In this document: one piece after another, positions 11,123 to 21,752 of the stretch | How positions within the stretch are numbered: position 1 is the first letter of the stretch | How the letters are laid out: every line of letters begins with the position of its first letter | Assembly: GCA_977020255.1 (NCBI GenBank) | Contig: CDROCS010002422.1 | Span: 248,001-312,000, forward strand | DNA from: Obrimoposthia wandeli | Lineage: Eukaryota | Direction of reading: 5' to 3' | DNA: 64,000 nt | Program-made: the position numbers and the translations under genes | The notes under the pieces: model-generated | What the model saw: the letters and a program-made list of their open reading frames with translations, nothing else | What the model was told of the DNA's origin: nothing | The model's database searches: none

Positions 11123-13495
11123 ATGCGCGCGATTAAACTATTATTTCAATTCATCCTGTCAATAATGGTGCTCGGGGTCATTGGAGGTACAATTAGTATG
11201 ATCGGCCTCTACCTGTATTTCACCCCCTCGCTACCCGATGTTGAAACACTGCGAGAAGTTCATTTTCAAACACCACTTAAAGTTTTATCTAAAGACAAAA
11301 AACTGATAGCTGAATTTGGCGAAAAGCGACGATTTCCCATCCAGTTCGAAAACATTCCCAATCATTTTGTCAAAGCCCTTCAAGCAGCTGAAGACTCTAA
11401 TTATTTTGAACACAATGGCGTTGATATTAAAGGCTTAGCACGTGCGGCTGTTCAGCTCGTTAAAACAGGCAAGAAAAAGGGCGGCGGCTCTACCATCACC
11501 ATGCAAGTGGCTAAAAACTTTTTCCTTACTCCTGAAAAGTCATTTTCACGCAAGTTCAGTGAGATATTACTTGCTCTTAAAATAGAAAACTCACTATCCA
11601 AAGAAGAAATATTCGAACTGTATATTAACAAAATTTACCTTGGCCATAGATCTTACGGTATTCAGGCTGCATCGCGTGTTTACTACGGCAAAGATATCAA
11701 CGATATCAATCTTGCTCAACTTGCTATGATTGCCGGGCTACCTAAAGCGCCTTCTGCTTACAACCCTATTACCAACCCCAGTAGAGCAATGGCTCGCCGC
11801 GATTGGATTATTGGCAGAATGCTGAGCCTCAACTACATCTCACAAGCAGAACACAATCAAGCGATAGCGCAGCCTGTCACTGCCTTTTATCATAGCGCTA
11901 AAAGAGAATTGTACGCCCCTTATATAGCAGAAATGGTCCGCAAACAGCTATTCAAACAATATGGCGACAAGCTCTATACCGACGGCTACACCGTGATCAC
12001 AACTATTGACAGCAAAATGCAGACGTCCGCCAATAAAGCGGTGCAAAATGGGCTCCTTGCCTATGGAAAACGACATGGATATCATGGTGTTGAACAGCAA
12101 GTAGCGATTGAAAACCTAGATCATGCCGCCATAGTTGCATTACTCAAAAAAATACCTACCCATGCAGGGATCGAACCCGCTTTTGTCATTGAAGTTAGCG
12201 ATAAAGACGCAACAGTGCTACGCAAAAATGGAGAACAAGCGATTCTCCCTTGGAAAGGTCTTGCTTGGGCGCGAAAATTTAAAAACGTCAACAGCATGGG
12301 CCCAAAGCTTAAAAAACCGAGTAGCGTTTTAGCCGTGGGTGACCAAGTTCGCATTCGCACTGAAACAGATAAAAAAACCAAAGAACCATACTGGGGCTTA
12401 AGCCAAATACCCAAAGTTCAGGGCGCTATGGTAGCTATGGCGCCAAATAACGGCGCAATTCTTTCGCTAGTTGGCGGATTTAGCTTTACCCACAACAAAT
12501 TTAATCGCGCAACTCAAGCACTGAGACAGCCCGGCTCCAACTTAAAGCCATTTATTTACGGCGCCGCTTTAGAGGCTGGGTTTACCGCTGCCACAACGAT
12601 TAACGACGCCCCAATCGTTTTACAAGGAGCAAGCCTTGCAGCCAACTGGCGACCAGAAAACTCCTCTCGTAAATTCTACGGACCCACCCGCCTCAGAGTA
12701 GGCCTGTATAAATCGCGAAACTTGGTCTCAATACGCCTATTGCGTGCTATCGGCATCGATGCCGCTTTAGATTATTTAGCCAGGTTTGGGTTTGACAGAG
12801 ACAAATTACCCACTAATCTATCTCTTTCTTTAGGAGCTGCCGACATCACCCCTATTGATTTAATTGGTGGTTATGGCCCTTTTGCTAATGGTGGCTACCG
12901 CATAGATACCTTTTTTATTGATCGCATACTCAATCAACCGGGAGAAATAATCTTTCAAGAGAAACCGCGTACAGCTATTAATGACAACCAACTGCCTAAA
13001 CATCAGAACTACATTCCAGCACCCAGAGTAATTGATGCACGCGACGGCTATGTCATATATAGCATCTTAAAAGATGTAATCAAACGGGGCACAGCAACAA
13101 AAGCAAAAGTGTTAAAACGTTCCGATTTAGCAGGAAAAACGGGAACGACTAATTTACAACGCGATGCTTGGTTCACTGGCTTTAATAGCGAAATTGTCGC
13201 CACTGCTTGGGTAGGCTATGACAACCCAGCTCCTTTAGGAAAACGGGAGTTCGGCGGCACTGCTGCACTACCCATCTGGATAGATTTCATGAAGGAAACT
13301 TTAGCAGGAAGGCCGGAAGCGCCTTTAATACGCCCGAAAGGTTTAGTTGACGTTACTATCAACTCAAAAACAGGACTTCGCTCAAAAGGTGGCAACGGAG
13401 CTGTTAATGAAATAATCAAAGCAGAAGATGCGCAACGCCTGGCCACCCAAAGCGCAGAGGTTAACGACTCAACAACTGACGACTTATTTAATTAA
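11123..13495 (+). CDS. mrcA: Penicillin-binding protein 1A
   Basis: N-terminal TM; transglycosylase motifs (AAED..YFEH, GGSTITMQVAKN, RKFSE); transpeptidase SxxK (GSNLK), SRN and KTG. Confidence 0.96.
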   Translation: MRAIKLLFQFILSIMVLGVIGGTISMIGLYLYFTPSLPDVETLREVHFQTPLKVLSKDKKLIAEFGEKRRFPIQFENIPNHFVKALQAAEDSNYFEHNGVDIKGLARAAVQLVKTGKKKGGGSTITMQVAKNFFLTPEKSFSRKFSEILLALKIENSLSKEEIFELYINKIYLGHRSYGIQAASRVYYGKDINDINLAQLAMIAGLPKAPSAYNPITNPSRAMARRDWIIGRMLSLNYISQAEHNQAIAQPVTAFYHSAKRELYAPYIAEMVRKQLFKQYGDKLYTDGYTVITTIDSKMQTSANKAVQNGLLAYGKRHGYHGVEQQVAIENLDHAAIVALLKKIPTHAGIEPAFVIEVSDKDATVLRKNGEQAILPWKGLAWARKFKNVNSMGPKLKKPSSVLAVGDQVRIRTETDKKTKEPYWGLSQIPKVQGAMVAMAPNNGAILSLVGGFSFTHNKFNRATQALRQPGSNLKPFIYGAALEAGFTAATTINDAPIVLQGASLAANWRPENSSRKFYGPTRLRVGLYKSRNLVSIRLLRAIGIDAALDYLARFGFDRDKLPTNLSLSLGAADITPIDLIGGYGPFANGGYRIDTFFIDRILNQPGEIIFQEKPRTAINDNQLPKHQNYIPAPRVIDARDGYVIYSILKDVIKRGTATKAKVLKRSDLAGKTGTTNLQRDAWFTGFNSEIVATAWVGYDNPAPLGKREFGGTAALPIWIDFMKETLAGRPEAPLIRPKGLVDVTINSKTGLRSKGGNGAVNEIIKAEDAQRLATQSAEVNDSTTDDLFN

Positions 13496-13693
13496 TATCT
13501 ACACCAATTGCAAACTTAAGCTTATAAATACCAATTAAGCTATGATAACCAAGGTAACGTTATCATAGCGTTTACAAAACATTATCTGCAACGTGCAATA
13601 TTCTTTTTATAAAAAGAAGTCCACAAATAATACTCGGCAAACCAGCTATCAATTGCAGATCAATTCAACTTAGGTTTGTTTTATTTACGGCAC

Positions 13694-13720
13694 AAAAAAG
13701 CCCAGTGATACTGGGCTTTT
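13694..13720. terminator. Bidirectional intrinsic terminator between convergent mrcA and maeB
   Basis: AAAAAAGCCCAGT-GAT-ACTGGGCTTTT hairpin with A/T tracts on both sides. Confidence 0.8.
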
Positions 13721-13763
13721 AAATGTTTAGCCTTTACTGATGCAGAAGCTTAACTACATCTAA

Positions 13764-15026
13764 TTAGCAGTCAGATAAAGACTCTAATGGATAATTCGCA
13801 GGCATTGGTAATCGAGCGACTCCTGAATCAATTGCCGCTTGCGCTACCGCTAATGACAACCTACCGAGCAAACGACTGTCCGTTGGTTTTGGTATAATAT
13901 ATTGAGCGCCAAAACTTAGCGAATCTAAACCATAGGCCGACAACACTTCTGCAGGCACTTCTTCTTTAGCTAATGATGCCAATGCGTAAACCGCAGCGGT
14001 CTTCATTTCTTCATTAATCACAGAAGCACGCACATCTAGTGCTCCTCTGAAAATAAACGGAAATCCTAAAACGTTATTAACCTGATTCGGGAAATCAGAC
14101 CTACCCGTTCCCATGATAACGTCGTCACGGGTTGCATGTGCTAGCTCTGGTCTGATTTCTGGATCTGGATTTGCACAAGCAAAAATTATCGGCGTTGCGG
14201 CCATTTTTTTCAGCTGCTCAGCAGATAGTAAATTAGGCCCTGACAGACCTATAAAAACATCAGCGCCATCTATAGCATCATCTAAAGTACGCTTATCTGT
14301 TTCTGTGGCAAAAATTGCTTTTTCTGTGGTTAAATCTTCACGACCAGAGTGAATCACTCCTTTGCGATCTAACATATAAATATTTTCAACTTTAGCGCCT
14401 AAATTAATTAGCAACTTCATACAAGCAACAGCGGCAGCACCAGCCCCTAAAGTCACTATCGCAGCTTCTTCAATCTTTTTACCGGCGATTTCTAAGGCAT
14501 TAATCATGCCCGCAGCGGTTACAATAGCAGTGCCGTGTTGATCATCATGAAATACTGGAATATTGCAACGCTCAATCAAAGCACGCTCGATTTCAAAACA
14601 CTCTGGCGCTTTAATATCCTCTAAGTTAATACCGCCAAAGGTATCAGCGATACGTGCAACTGTATCAATAAAAGCTTGCGGACTTTCAGAATCTACTTCT
14701 AAATCGATGGAATTAATACCTGCAAAACGCTTAAACAATAACGACTTACCTTCCATTACAGGCTTCGAAGCTAAAGGCCCTATATTCCCCAAACCTAATA
14801 CAGCTGATCCATCCGAAATAACGGCTACTAAATTACCTTTACCTGTGTATCTGTATGCATTTTCAGGGTCTTTTGCAATTTCACGACAAGGTTCAGCGAC
14901 ACCCGGACTATACGCCAAGGATAAATCTCGTGCCGTTTCTGCCGGTTTAGTTAGCTCCACACTTACCTTACCTGGACGAGGAAACTCATGATATTCTAGG
15001 GCTGCTTTATTTAGATCTTCAGACAT
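13764..15026 (-). CDS. maeB: Malic enzyme (short form, no PTA domain)
   Basis: SLAYSPGVA, KPVMEGK, GINLEDIKAPECF, FHDDQHGT, GAGAA, TGRSDFPNQVNN. Confidence 0.95.
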   Translation of the reverse strand: MSEDLNKAALEYHEFPRPGKVSVELTKPAETARDLSLAYSPGVAEPCREIAKDPENAYRYTGKGNLVAVISDGSAVLGLGNIGPLASKPVMEGKSLLFKRFAGINSIDLEVDSESPQAFIDTVARIADTFGGINLEDIKAPECFEIERALIERCNIPVFHDDQHGTAIVTAAGMINALEIAGKKIEEAAIVTLGAGAAAVACMKLLINLGAKVENIYMLDRKGVIHSGREDLTTEKAIFATETDKRTLDDAIDGADVFIGLSGPNLLSAEQLKKMAATPIIFACANPDPEIRPELAHATRDDVIMGTGRSDFPNQVNNVLGFPFIFRGALDVRASVINEEMKTAAVYALASLAKEEVPAEVLSAYGLDSLSFGAQYIIPKPTDSRLLGRLSLAVAQAAIDSGVARLPMPANYPLESLSDC

Positions 15027-15360
15027 AAGTATTTTTCCATATTAAATTTGACACGAGTTAACGATTCTATAGAAAAGCCAGAAGCCAAACAACCATATAA
15101 CCATTAAGATTAAAGAATAGTCGATTATACTTAATAACCAGATTTATAAGCTATTTCTTTTTGGTACTGATTATTTAGAGAAGAACAACTAATACTTTAG
15201 GCTTCTTTAAAAGGCATCCATGACTATAATAAGAAAATACCATTAACACCTAAGTTAATAGCATCATCCTATTAACTTAGGCGTACTATTCTTCGCGAAT
15301 AAAGCACTGACTAAAAATAAAACTGTATGGCAACAATAACCATTTTCCATATTTCAGGCA

Positions 15361-15399
15361 AAAAAAAGCGCTTAGACGAAGAGTCATAAGCGCTTTTTT
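15361..15399 (-). terminator. Intrinsic terminator downstream of rpmE
   Basis: AAAAAAAGCGCTTA...TAAGCGCTTTTTT inverted repeat 14 bp after the rpmE stop. Confidence 0.75.
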
Positions 15400-15412
15400 A
15401 ATAATACGGAGA

Positions 15413-15628
15413 TTACTTACGTGCTGGGATAGTCGCAAAACGCTTGTTGAAGCGATCAATACGGCCACCAGAAGTAGCATCTTTCTGCTTACCAGTGTAG
15501 AAAGGATGACACTGGCTACATACATCAACGTGTAAATCTTTGCACAAAGTAGAACGAGTTTTCATTTCATTGCCACAAGAACAATTAACTGCAATGTCGT
15601 CGTACTTAGGATGGATATCATTTTTCAT
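15413..15628 (-). CDS. rpmE: 50S ribosomal protein bL31 (Zn-binding C+ form)
   Basis: [12 protein letters not shown]...[22 protein letters not shown]. Confidence 0.98.
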   Translation of the reverse strand: MKNDIHPKYDDIAVNCSCGNEMKTRSTLCKDLHVDVCSQCHPFYTGKQKDATSGGRIDRFNKRFATIPARK

Positions 15629-15647
15629 GGGAGAAACCTTTTAGGTT

Positions 15648-15686
15648 TTGCGCCGCCACTTGATCTTTTGCCAAGTACCGCACTGT
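15648..15686 (-). promoter_or_regulatory. Probable rpmE 5' leader hairpin (bL31 autoregulatory leader type)
   Basis: Minus strand GTGCGGTACTTGGCAAAAGATCAAGTGGCGGCGC forms a GC-rich stem-loop just before the RBS. It resembles the conserved gammaproteobacterial L31 leader (from memory, not searched). Confidence 0.55.
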
Positions 15687-15728
15687 ATTAATTGCAAATT
15701 TGCTTGACCCAAAATGAGTCAGGCGCGA

Positions 15729-15757
15729 ATTATACAGATCTCGCCGAAAGTTAGCAA
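15729..15757 (-). promoter_or_regulatory. Sigma70 promoter of rpmE
   Basis: Minus strand TTGCTA-17 bp-TATAAT. Confidence 0.7.
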
Positions 15758-15927
15758 TATTTTTAAAAGTTCACATCAATAATTTTATTGTTCATGCATC
15801 GAAAAGCGCGAACAGCACTGTCTATCCTTGATTCACATACAAAACCGCATTAGGCATACAAACCAATATTGCTTTGAAAAAACACATAGCATAAACTCAC
15901 TTTATCTAACCTTACAAATGACTGCCA

Positions 15928-18102
15928 ATGATGTTTTTACGTGTAGCGATACCCTCCCCACTTCGCAGATTATTTGACTATTTACCCCTTGATCAAACTA
16001 CAACATGCACACCGGGTATCAGGTTAGTTGTCCCCTTCGGCAGCCGTAAACTTATCGCGGTGTTAGTAGAAATCACTCATGAAACTCAAATAGACCCAAA
16101 AAAACTAAAACCCATCATCAGTGTTTTAGATGAAACTCCCCCCCAGGCAAAATTCATTCTGGACTTCGCTCTTTGGTCAGCTCAATATTACCAGCACCCT
16201 GTAGGTGACGCATTACTTCAATCTCTACCTATACATCTACGCAAAGGCGAACCATGCGAACGAGTACATGAGTTTTTACTACACGCAGTGCCAAACCCTC
16301 AACAAAGCATTAGTGCAAGGGCAAAAAAACAGCAAACTACATATCAGTTAATTAAACAGCACGAGCAAGGCATTAGCTTAGACGCACTAAATGCCGAATC
16401 GGGCTCAAGCAGTGCCCTTAAGGCTCTTCTAGACAAAGGATTGGTTGAAAAAAGACATCGTCCGCACATTCAAAAGCACAATAAAGAGCCACTTAGAGAA
16501 CCAGCAAAAAACCTTAACAGCGAACAATTGACCGCCGTTGCTGCTATAAACCAACAGCAAGGCTTCAAAGCATTTTTGCTTGATGGCATCACAGGTTCGG
16601 GTAAAACAGAAGTTTATTTACAAGTTATTGAACAAGTCTTACGTGCAGGCAAACAAGCCTTAGTGCTAGTGCCGGAAATAGGCCTCACACCGCAAACGGT
16701 GTCTCGATTTAAAGCCCGTTTTAATGTAGATGTCGTTTATATGCACTCAAATATGAGCGATAAACAACGCTTTATCGCCTGGTTAAAAGCACGTGATGGT
16801 GACGCCCAAATAGTAATAGGCACTCGCTCCGCCATCTTCACTCCATTGGCCAACCCCGGCATTATTATTATCGACGAGGAGCACGATCAATCCTTTAAAC
16901 AACAAGATGGCTACCGCTATAGCGCTCGAGACTTATCGGTAGTGCGCGCCCACGGAGAAAACATACCTGTGGTACTTGGCAGCGCAACTCCATCGTTAGA
17001 ATCGTTACACAACGCACAACTAAACCGCTACCATTACCTCACCATTGATAAGCGTGCGGGAAACGCCATACCTCCAACCGTAAATTTGCTCGACATAAAG
17101 GGCGAAGAATTAACCTCTGGCATAAGCAAAGATTTAATCAATCAAATCCAGCAACATTTAAATAACGAAAACCAAGTACTAATCTTCTTAAACCGACGAG
17201 GCTTCGCCCCTTCCCTTAGCTGCCACAATTGTGGATGGATTGCACCTTGCCGTCGATGTGACGCACGCTTAACTCTGCATCAAAAGCCTCCTCACTTGCA
17301 CTGCCATCATTGCGGCAGCCAAAAACCTATCCCAAAGCAATGCATTGATTGTGGCAGCAGCGAACTAAATGCTAAAGGCACGGGCACCGAGCGAGCTGAA
17401 CAAACATTAAAACAACTTTTTCCTCACTTCCCGGTTTGGAGAATAGACAGAGACAGCACTAGTCGCAAAAATGCAATGCAGCAAATTATCGACGAAATCA
17501 ATCAAAACCGACCTGGCATTTTACTCGGCACGCAAATGCTCGCCAAAGGCCACCACTTTGCCAAAGTATCTCTTGTGGCTGTACTTGACGCTGACGGAGG
17601 CTTGTTTAGTACTGATTTTCGCGGCATGGAACACACAGCGCAGCTCATCACCCAAGTCTCTGGTCGCGCCGGAAGGGAAAAAATATTGGGCAACGTTGTT
17701 ATTCAAACTCATCATCCTGAGCACCCTTTACTACAAACGCTGGTCAATGGTGGTTATCGTGAATTCGCCAAAAATGAATTACAAAATAGAGCGGCATCCA
17801 AGCTCCCCCCTTTTAGCCATATTGCCATTATTCGAGCTGAAGCTAGCAACACCGGACGAGCTGAGGCCTTTTTGCAATTAGCCAAACAAACTCCGAGCAT
17901 AGGAACCATACTCAATTTCGGCCCTTTCCCAGCACCTATGGAGAAAAAAGCTGGCGTGTTTAGATCTCATTTAGTACTACAAAGCCCTAAACGCCCTTTA
18001 TTACAACAATTTCTGAGCCAATTTTGCCTGCTACTTGAACACCACCCCCTTGCCAGCAAGGTAAGATGGTCAATTGATGTAGATCCTTACGATATGTTTT
18101 AG
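15928..18102 (+). CDS. priA: Primosomal protein N' helicase
   Basis: FDYLP, GITGSGKTEVY, DEEHD, two Zn-binding Cys clusters, GTQMLAKGHHF, WSIDVDP. Confidence 0.97.
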   Translation: MMFLRVAIPSPLRRLFDYLPLDQTTTCTPGIRLVVPFGSRKLIAVLVEITHETQIDPKKLKPIISVLDETPPQAKFILDFALWSAQYYQHPVGDALLQSLPIHLRKGEPCERVHEFLLHAVPNPQQSISARAKKQQTTYQLIKQHEQGISLDALNAESGSSSALKALLDKGLVEKRHRPHIQKHNKEPLREPAKNLNSEQLTAVAAINQQQGFKAFLLDGITGSGKTEVYLQVIEQVLRAGKQALVLVPEIGLTPQTVSRFKARFNVDVVYMHSNMSDKQRFIAWLKARDGDAQIVIGTRSAIFTPLANPGIIIIDEEHDQSFKQQDGYRYSARDLSVVRAHGENIPVVLGSATPSLESLHNAQLNRYHYLTIDKRAGNAIPPTVNLLDIKGEELTSGISKDLINQIQQHLNNENQVLIFLNRRGFAPSLSCHNCGWIAPCRRCDARLTLHQKPPHLHCHHCGSQKPIPKQCIDCGSSELNAKGTGTERAEQTLKQLFPHFPVWRIDRDSTSRKNAMQQIIDEINQNRPGILLGTQMLAKGHHFAKVSLVAVLDADGGLFSTDFRGMEHTAQLITQVSGRAGREKILGNVVIQTHHPEHPLLQTLVNGGYREFAKNELQNRAASKLPPFSHIAIIRAEASNTGRAEAFLQLAKQTPSIGTILNFGPFPAPMEKKAGVFRSHLVLQSPKRPLLQQFLSQFCLLLEHHPLASKVRWSIDVDPYDMF

Positions 18103-18421
18103 CTTTTTATTCACAGCACTTGTGCGCACTATTGCTGTGCATAAGTGATGGCAGAAGAAACTCCATATCTACAATAAATCTATCAAGGATTTCTCGAAAC
18201 GAAATACAAACAGCAAAGCCTTATGATTCTTGCCTTAAACAGCAATTTCTTATTATCGCCACAAAAGCAATTTAATATTACTTCTTATACACAGTCACTA
18301 ACTAAATCCTGACTACAAGAGACTAAGAGGCATCTATTCTTCATTTACATTACGCCAGCAAAAAGCGATAATAAGCAGCTTAATTTCGTACACTAATTCC
18401 CTATTTGGTAATCACTTTCAA

Positions 18422-20179
18422 ATGAAACAGCATATCACAGGACTAATTCAAGCAGCGCTTGATACCTTAGTCCAAAACGGCTCACTTCCTGCAGATATAA
18501 ACCCTAGCATTATGATTGAAAACACCCGCGATAAAAGCCATGGCGACTTGGCTTCTAACGTAGCTATGACCCTAGCTAAGTCTGCTCGACGTAACCCACG
18601 TGAAATTGCCGCTTTGATTACCCAGGCACTCCCTCAATCTGACGTTTTGACCAAAACAGAGATTGCAGGCCCAGGCTTTATTAACTTTTTTATCACTAGT
18701 GCTTCAGCAACTAAGATCGTAGAAGAAATTTTCGCTCAAGCCGAAAATTTTGGTCGCTGCACTGTTGAAAACCCTGAAAAAGTACAAGTTGAGTTTGTAT
18801 CCGCCAACCCCACTGGCCCTTTACATGTAGGCCATGGCAGAGGAGCGGCATATGGCGCGACCGTTGCAGATATTTTATCGGCAACAGGCTCAGATGTTTC
18901 TCGAGAATACTATGTGAACGACGCAGGCCGACAGATGGACATTTTGGCTGTTAGTGTTTGGCTGCGTTATTTAGAAGAATGTGGAGAAACCCTAACATTT
19001 CCAGCCAATGGTTATAAAGGACAGTACGTATACGACATAGCACTACAAGTTAAGCAAAAATACGCCTCAAAAATGCAATACAGCAGCGCACAAGTATTTG
19101 CAGAACTACCTTTAGATGAGCCTCAAGGTGGTGACAAAGAGCAATATATCGATGCACTTATCGCTCGCTGCAATAACTTATTAGCAGACGACTTTCAGAA
19201 TTTATTCAATGTTGGCTTAGAAGCTATTCGTGATGACATTCGCGATGATTTATCCGAATTCGGCATAGATTATCAAGAATGGTTTTCTGAGCGCTCACTT
19301 ACTAGCACCGGCGATGTAGATCGCGCGCTGACGCGCTTACAAGATAACGGTCACCTCTATACAAAGGAAGGCAACCTTTGGTTTAAATCAACAGATTTTG
19401 GTGATGATAAAGATCGCGTTGTAAAGCGCGCCAATGGCGCAACCACCTATTTTGCCTCTGATATAGCCTACCACATGAACAAATTTGACCGAGGCTTTGA
19501 TAAAGTCGTCAATATTTGGGGCGCGGATCATCACGGCTATATAACCCGTGTAAAAGCTGCGATTAGCGCTTTAGGCTACAACCCAGAGCGTTTAATCGTT
19601 AAATTAGTCCAATTTGCAATTTTATATCGCGGCAATGAACGCGTGCAAATGTCGACACGTTCCGGGTCATTTGTTACTTTGCGTGAGCTTCGTCAAGAAG
19701 TAGGCACTGATGCTTGTCGTTTCTTTTATGTTACTCGTAAAGCCGACAACCATATGGATTTTGATTTAGAACTTGCCAAATCTCAATCTAAAGACAATCC
19801 TGTTTACTACATTCAATATGCTCACGCTAGAATTTGCAGCGTGCTAGACAAACTGACCAACAGCGAATGGAAACTGGATACTGATGCTGGCTTAGCAACT
19901 TTAGGCACCTCATCCGATGATAGCGAGAAATCCATTTTAAATCTTTTGGCAAAATATCCTGAAACACTAAAAAATGCAGCCGCTAACTATGAACCACATT
20001 TAGTCGCCAATTACCTTAAAGAGCTAGCCAGTGAATTCCACACTTACTACAACTCCAACAAAATGCTAATTGAAGAGAGCAATGCACGTAATGCACGCTT
20101 AACTTTAAGCAAAGCGGTTCGCCAAGTACTCGCTAACGGCCTATCGCTATTAGGCGTAGACGCCCCCGTTAGGATGTAG
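18422..20179 (+). CDS. argS: Arginine--tRNA ligase
   Basis: SANPTGPLHVGHGR (HIGH), GADHHGY, MSTRSG, NPVYYIQYAHAR. Confidence 0.97.
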   Translation: MKQHITGLIQAALDTLVQNGSLPADINPSIMIENTRDKSHGDLASNVAMTLAKSARRNPREIAALITQALPQSDVLTKTEIAGPGFINFFITSASATKIVEEIFAQAENFGRCTVENPEKVQVEFVSANPTGPLHVGHGRGAAYGATVADILSATGSDVSREYYVNDAGRQMDILAVSVWLRYLEECGETLTFPANGYKGQYVYDIALQVKQKYASKMQYSSAQVFAELPLDEPQGGDKEQYIDALIARCNNLLADDFQNLFNVGLEAIRDDIRDDLSEFGIDYQEWFSERSLTSTGDVDRALTRLQDNGHLYTKEGNLWFKSTDFGDDKDRVVKRANGATTYFASDIAYHMNKFDRGFDKVVNIWGADHHGYITRVKAAISALGYNPERLIVKLVQFAILYRGNERVQMSTRSGSFVTLRELRQEVGTDACRFFYVTRKADNHMDFDLELAKSQSKDNPVYYIQYAHARICSVLDKLTNSEWKLDTDAGLATLGTSSDDSEKSILNLLAKYPETLKNAAANYEPHLVANYLKELASEFHTYYNSNKMLIEESNARNARLTLSKAVRQVLANGLSLLGVDAPVRM

Positions 20180-20188
20180 ATAATAAAC

Positions 20189-20983
20189 ATGGCATCCAGA
20201 AAGGATTTTGCCCCAAAGAAACGCACCGCGAGCAAGCCTAAAGTAAAAAAAGCTAGCCCTAAAACACCAGAGGCTAGCCCGGTTAGCTCTACTTCCAACA
20301 AGAAAAGCCCCGCGGCTCGTAAAACACCCTACAAAGCAATCATTGCCAGTTTGATTGCTGTAACGGCTGTTGTCTTGCTTTTAAAGCAGCTCACGCAAGT
20401 AAACCCTAGAGCAATCAGGGAATCTGGCATATCCGCACTTATCGAAGATAAAATAAACAACCAACCAACTACGCAGATACCGCCACAGACAGTTAGCCCT
20501 AACAATAACCAAAGCAACAACCCCAAGACGATTAGCGACACGCCACCTAAAACAGCACAAAAACCTAAAGAAGCAAATAACAAGCCCAAAACATCTACTA
20601 AAAATGTTGCAAAAGTACCTGTCACTGAAAAATCAACTCAATCAAAACCAAAAGAGCCTTACCAATTTTATAAAATACTAGCCGAAAACAGTGTTGAAAC
20701 AGAGACCATCGAGGCTTATAAATCAACGCCTAAAACGGCAAAACTAAAAAATAGAACTTTGCTGCAAACCGGCTCTTTTCGTAACATTAAAGATGCCGAA
20801 AGAATGAAAGTCAGATTATTACTCAATAATTTTTCAAAAGTAAAGGTAAGCAAAACCAGTTCAAGTAATGGTATTTGGTACAGAGTACGCACCGGCCCTT
20901 TTATAACATTCAATCAACTTAAAGCTGCACTTATAAAACTTAACAAGCTGAACATTTCTCCAATTCAAATTCCTTTGAAATAA
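20189..20983 (+). CDS. SPOR domain cell-division protein (FtsN-like)
   Basis: Basic N-terminus, single TM, YQFYKIL, SPOR motif LQTGSFR...WYRVRTGPF; between argS and hslV. Confidence 0.85.
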   Translation: MASRKDFAPKKRTASKPKVKKASPKTPEASPVSSTSNKKSPAARKTPYKAIIASLIAVTAVVLLLKQLTQVNPRAIRESGISALIEDKINNQPTTQIPPQTVSPNNNQSNNPKTISDTPPKTAQKPKEANNKPKTSTKNVAKVPVTEKSTQSKPKEPYQFYKILAENSVETETIEAYKSTPKTAKLKNRTLLQTGSFRNIKDAERMKVRLLLNNFSKVKVSKTSSSNGIWYRVRTGPFITFNQLKAALIKLNKLNISPIQIPLK

Positions 20984-21022
20984 ATGAAAACCTTTGTTTA
21001 AGCAGCTATTAAAGCTGCTTCT

Positions 21023-21050
21023 CTTGAATTTATCAAATAAGTAACCATAG
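21023..21050 (+). promoter_or_regulatory. Possible sigma32 promoter of hslVU
   Basis: CTTGAA-14 bp-AACCATAG against consensus CTTGAA-N13-17-CCCCATnT; hslVU is a known heat-shock operon. Confidence 0.45.
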
Positions 21051-21206
21051 TCTATTTATCGGAAAATTCGCACTAAGAGCAGCTTCTATATTGCATAAGA
21101 TCAACGTTTACACTTCTCCCTTTATTTAGAGAACCACGTTCAGATTAACGCTTGCTAAAAATCTTAGTGCGAAAATCTTTATCATTAAAATGAGGTATTA
21201 CTTTAT

Positions 21207-21743
21207 ATGACTACTATAGTTTCTGTACGTCGCGGAGACAGCGTTGCAGTCGGCGGTGACGGCCAAGTATCTCTTGGCAATACTGTTATGAAAGGCAGCG
21301 CCAAAAAAGTTAACGTGCTTGCCAAACACTCTGTTATCACAGGCTTCGCAGGATCAACCGCTGACGCCATTACGCTGCGAGATTTGTTTGAACAGCAGCT
21401 AGATAAGCACCAAGGCAACATAGTGAACGCGGTTATTCATCTTGCAAGAGAATGGCGTAGCGATAAAGTACTGCGCCGCCTAGAAGCTTTGATGCTAGTT
21501 GCAAACAAAGAAAAGACTTATTTATTATCAGGTACTGGTGATGTTATAGAGCCAGAGCATGGTGTCATCGCCATTGGCTCCGGTGGGAATTTTGCCCATG
21601 CTGCCGCGATGGCTTTAGTCGAAAACACTGATTTAGATGCCAAAAGTATTGTCGAAAAAAGCTTACACATCGCTGCCGATATATGCGTATTCACTAACCA
21701 TAATCAAGTGATAGAAATACTCGCTACTGAAGAATCAGCTTAG
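21207..21743 (+). CDS. hslV: ATP-dependent protease subunit HslV
   Basis: N-terminal TTI nucleophile, [21 protein letters not shown]. Confidence 0.97.
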   Translation: MTTIVSVRRGDSVAVGGDGQVSLGNTVMKGSAKKVNVLAKHSVITGFAGSTADAITLRDLFEQQLDKHQGNIVNAVIHLAREWRSDKVLRRLEALMLVANKEKTYLLSGTGDVIEPEHGVIAIGSGGNFAHAAAMALVENTDLDAKSIVEKSLHIAADICVFTNHNQVIEILATEESA

Positions 21744-21752
21744 GAGCTCAAC

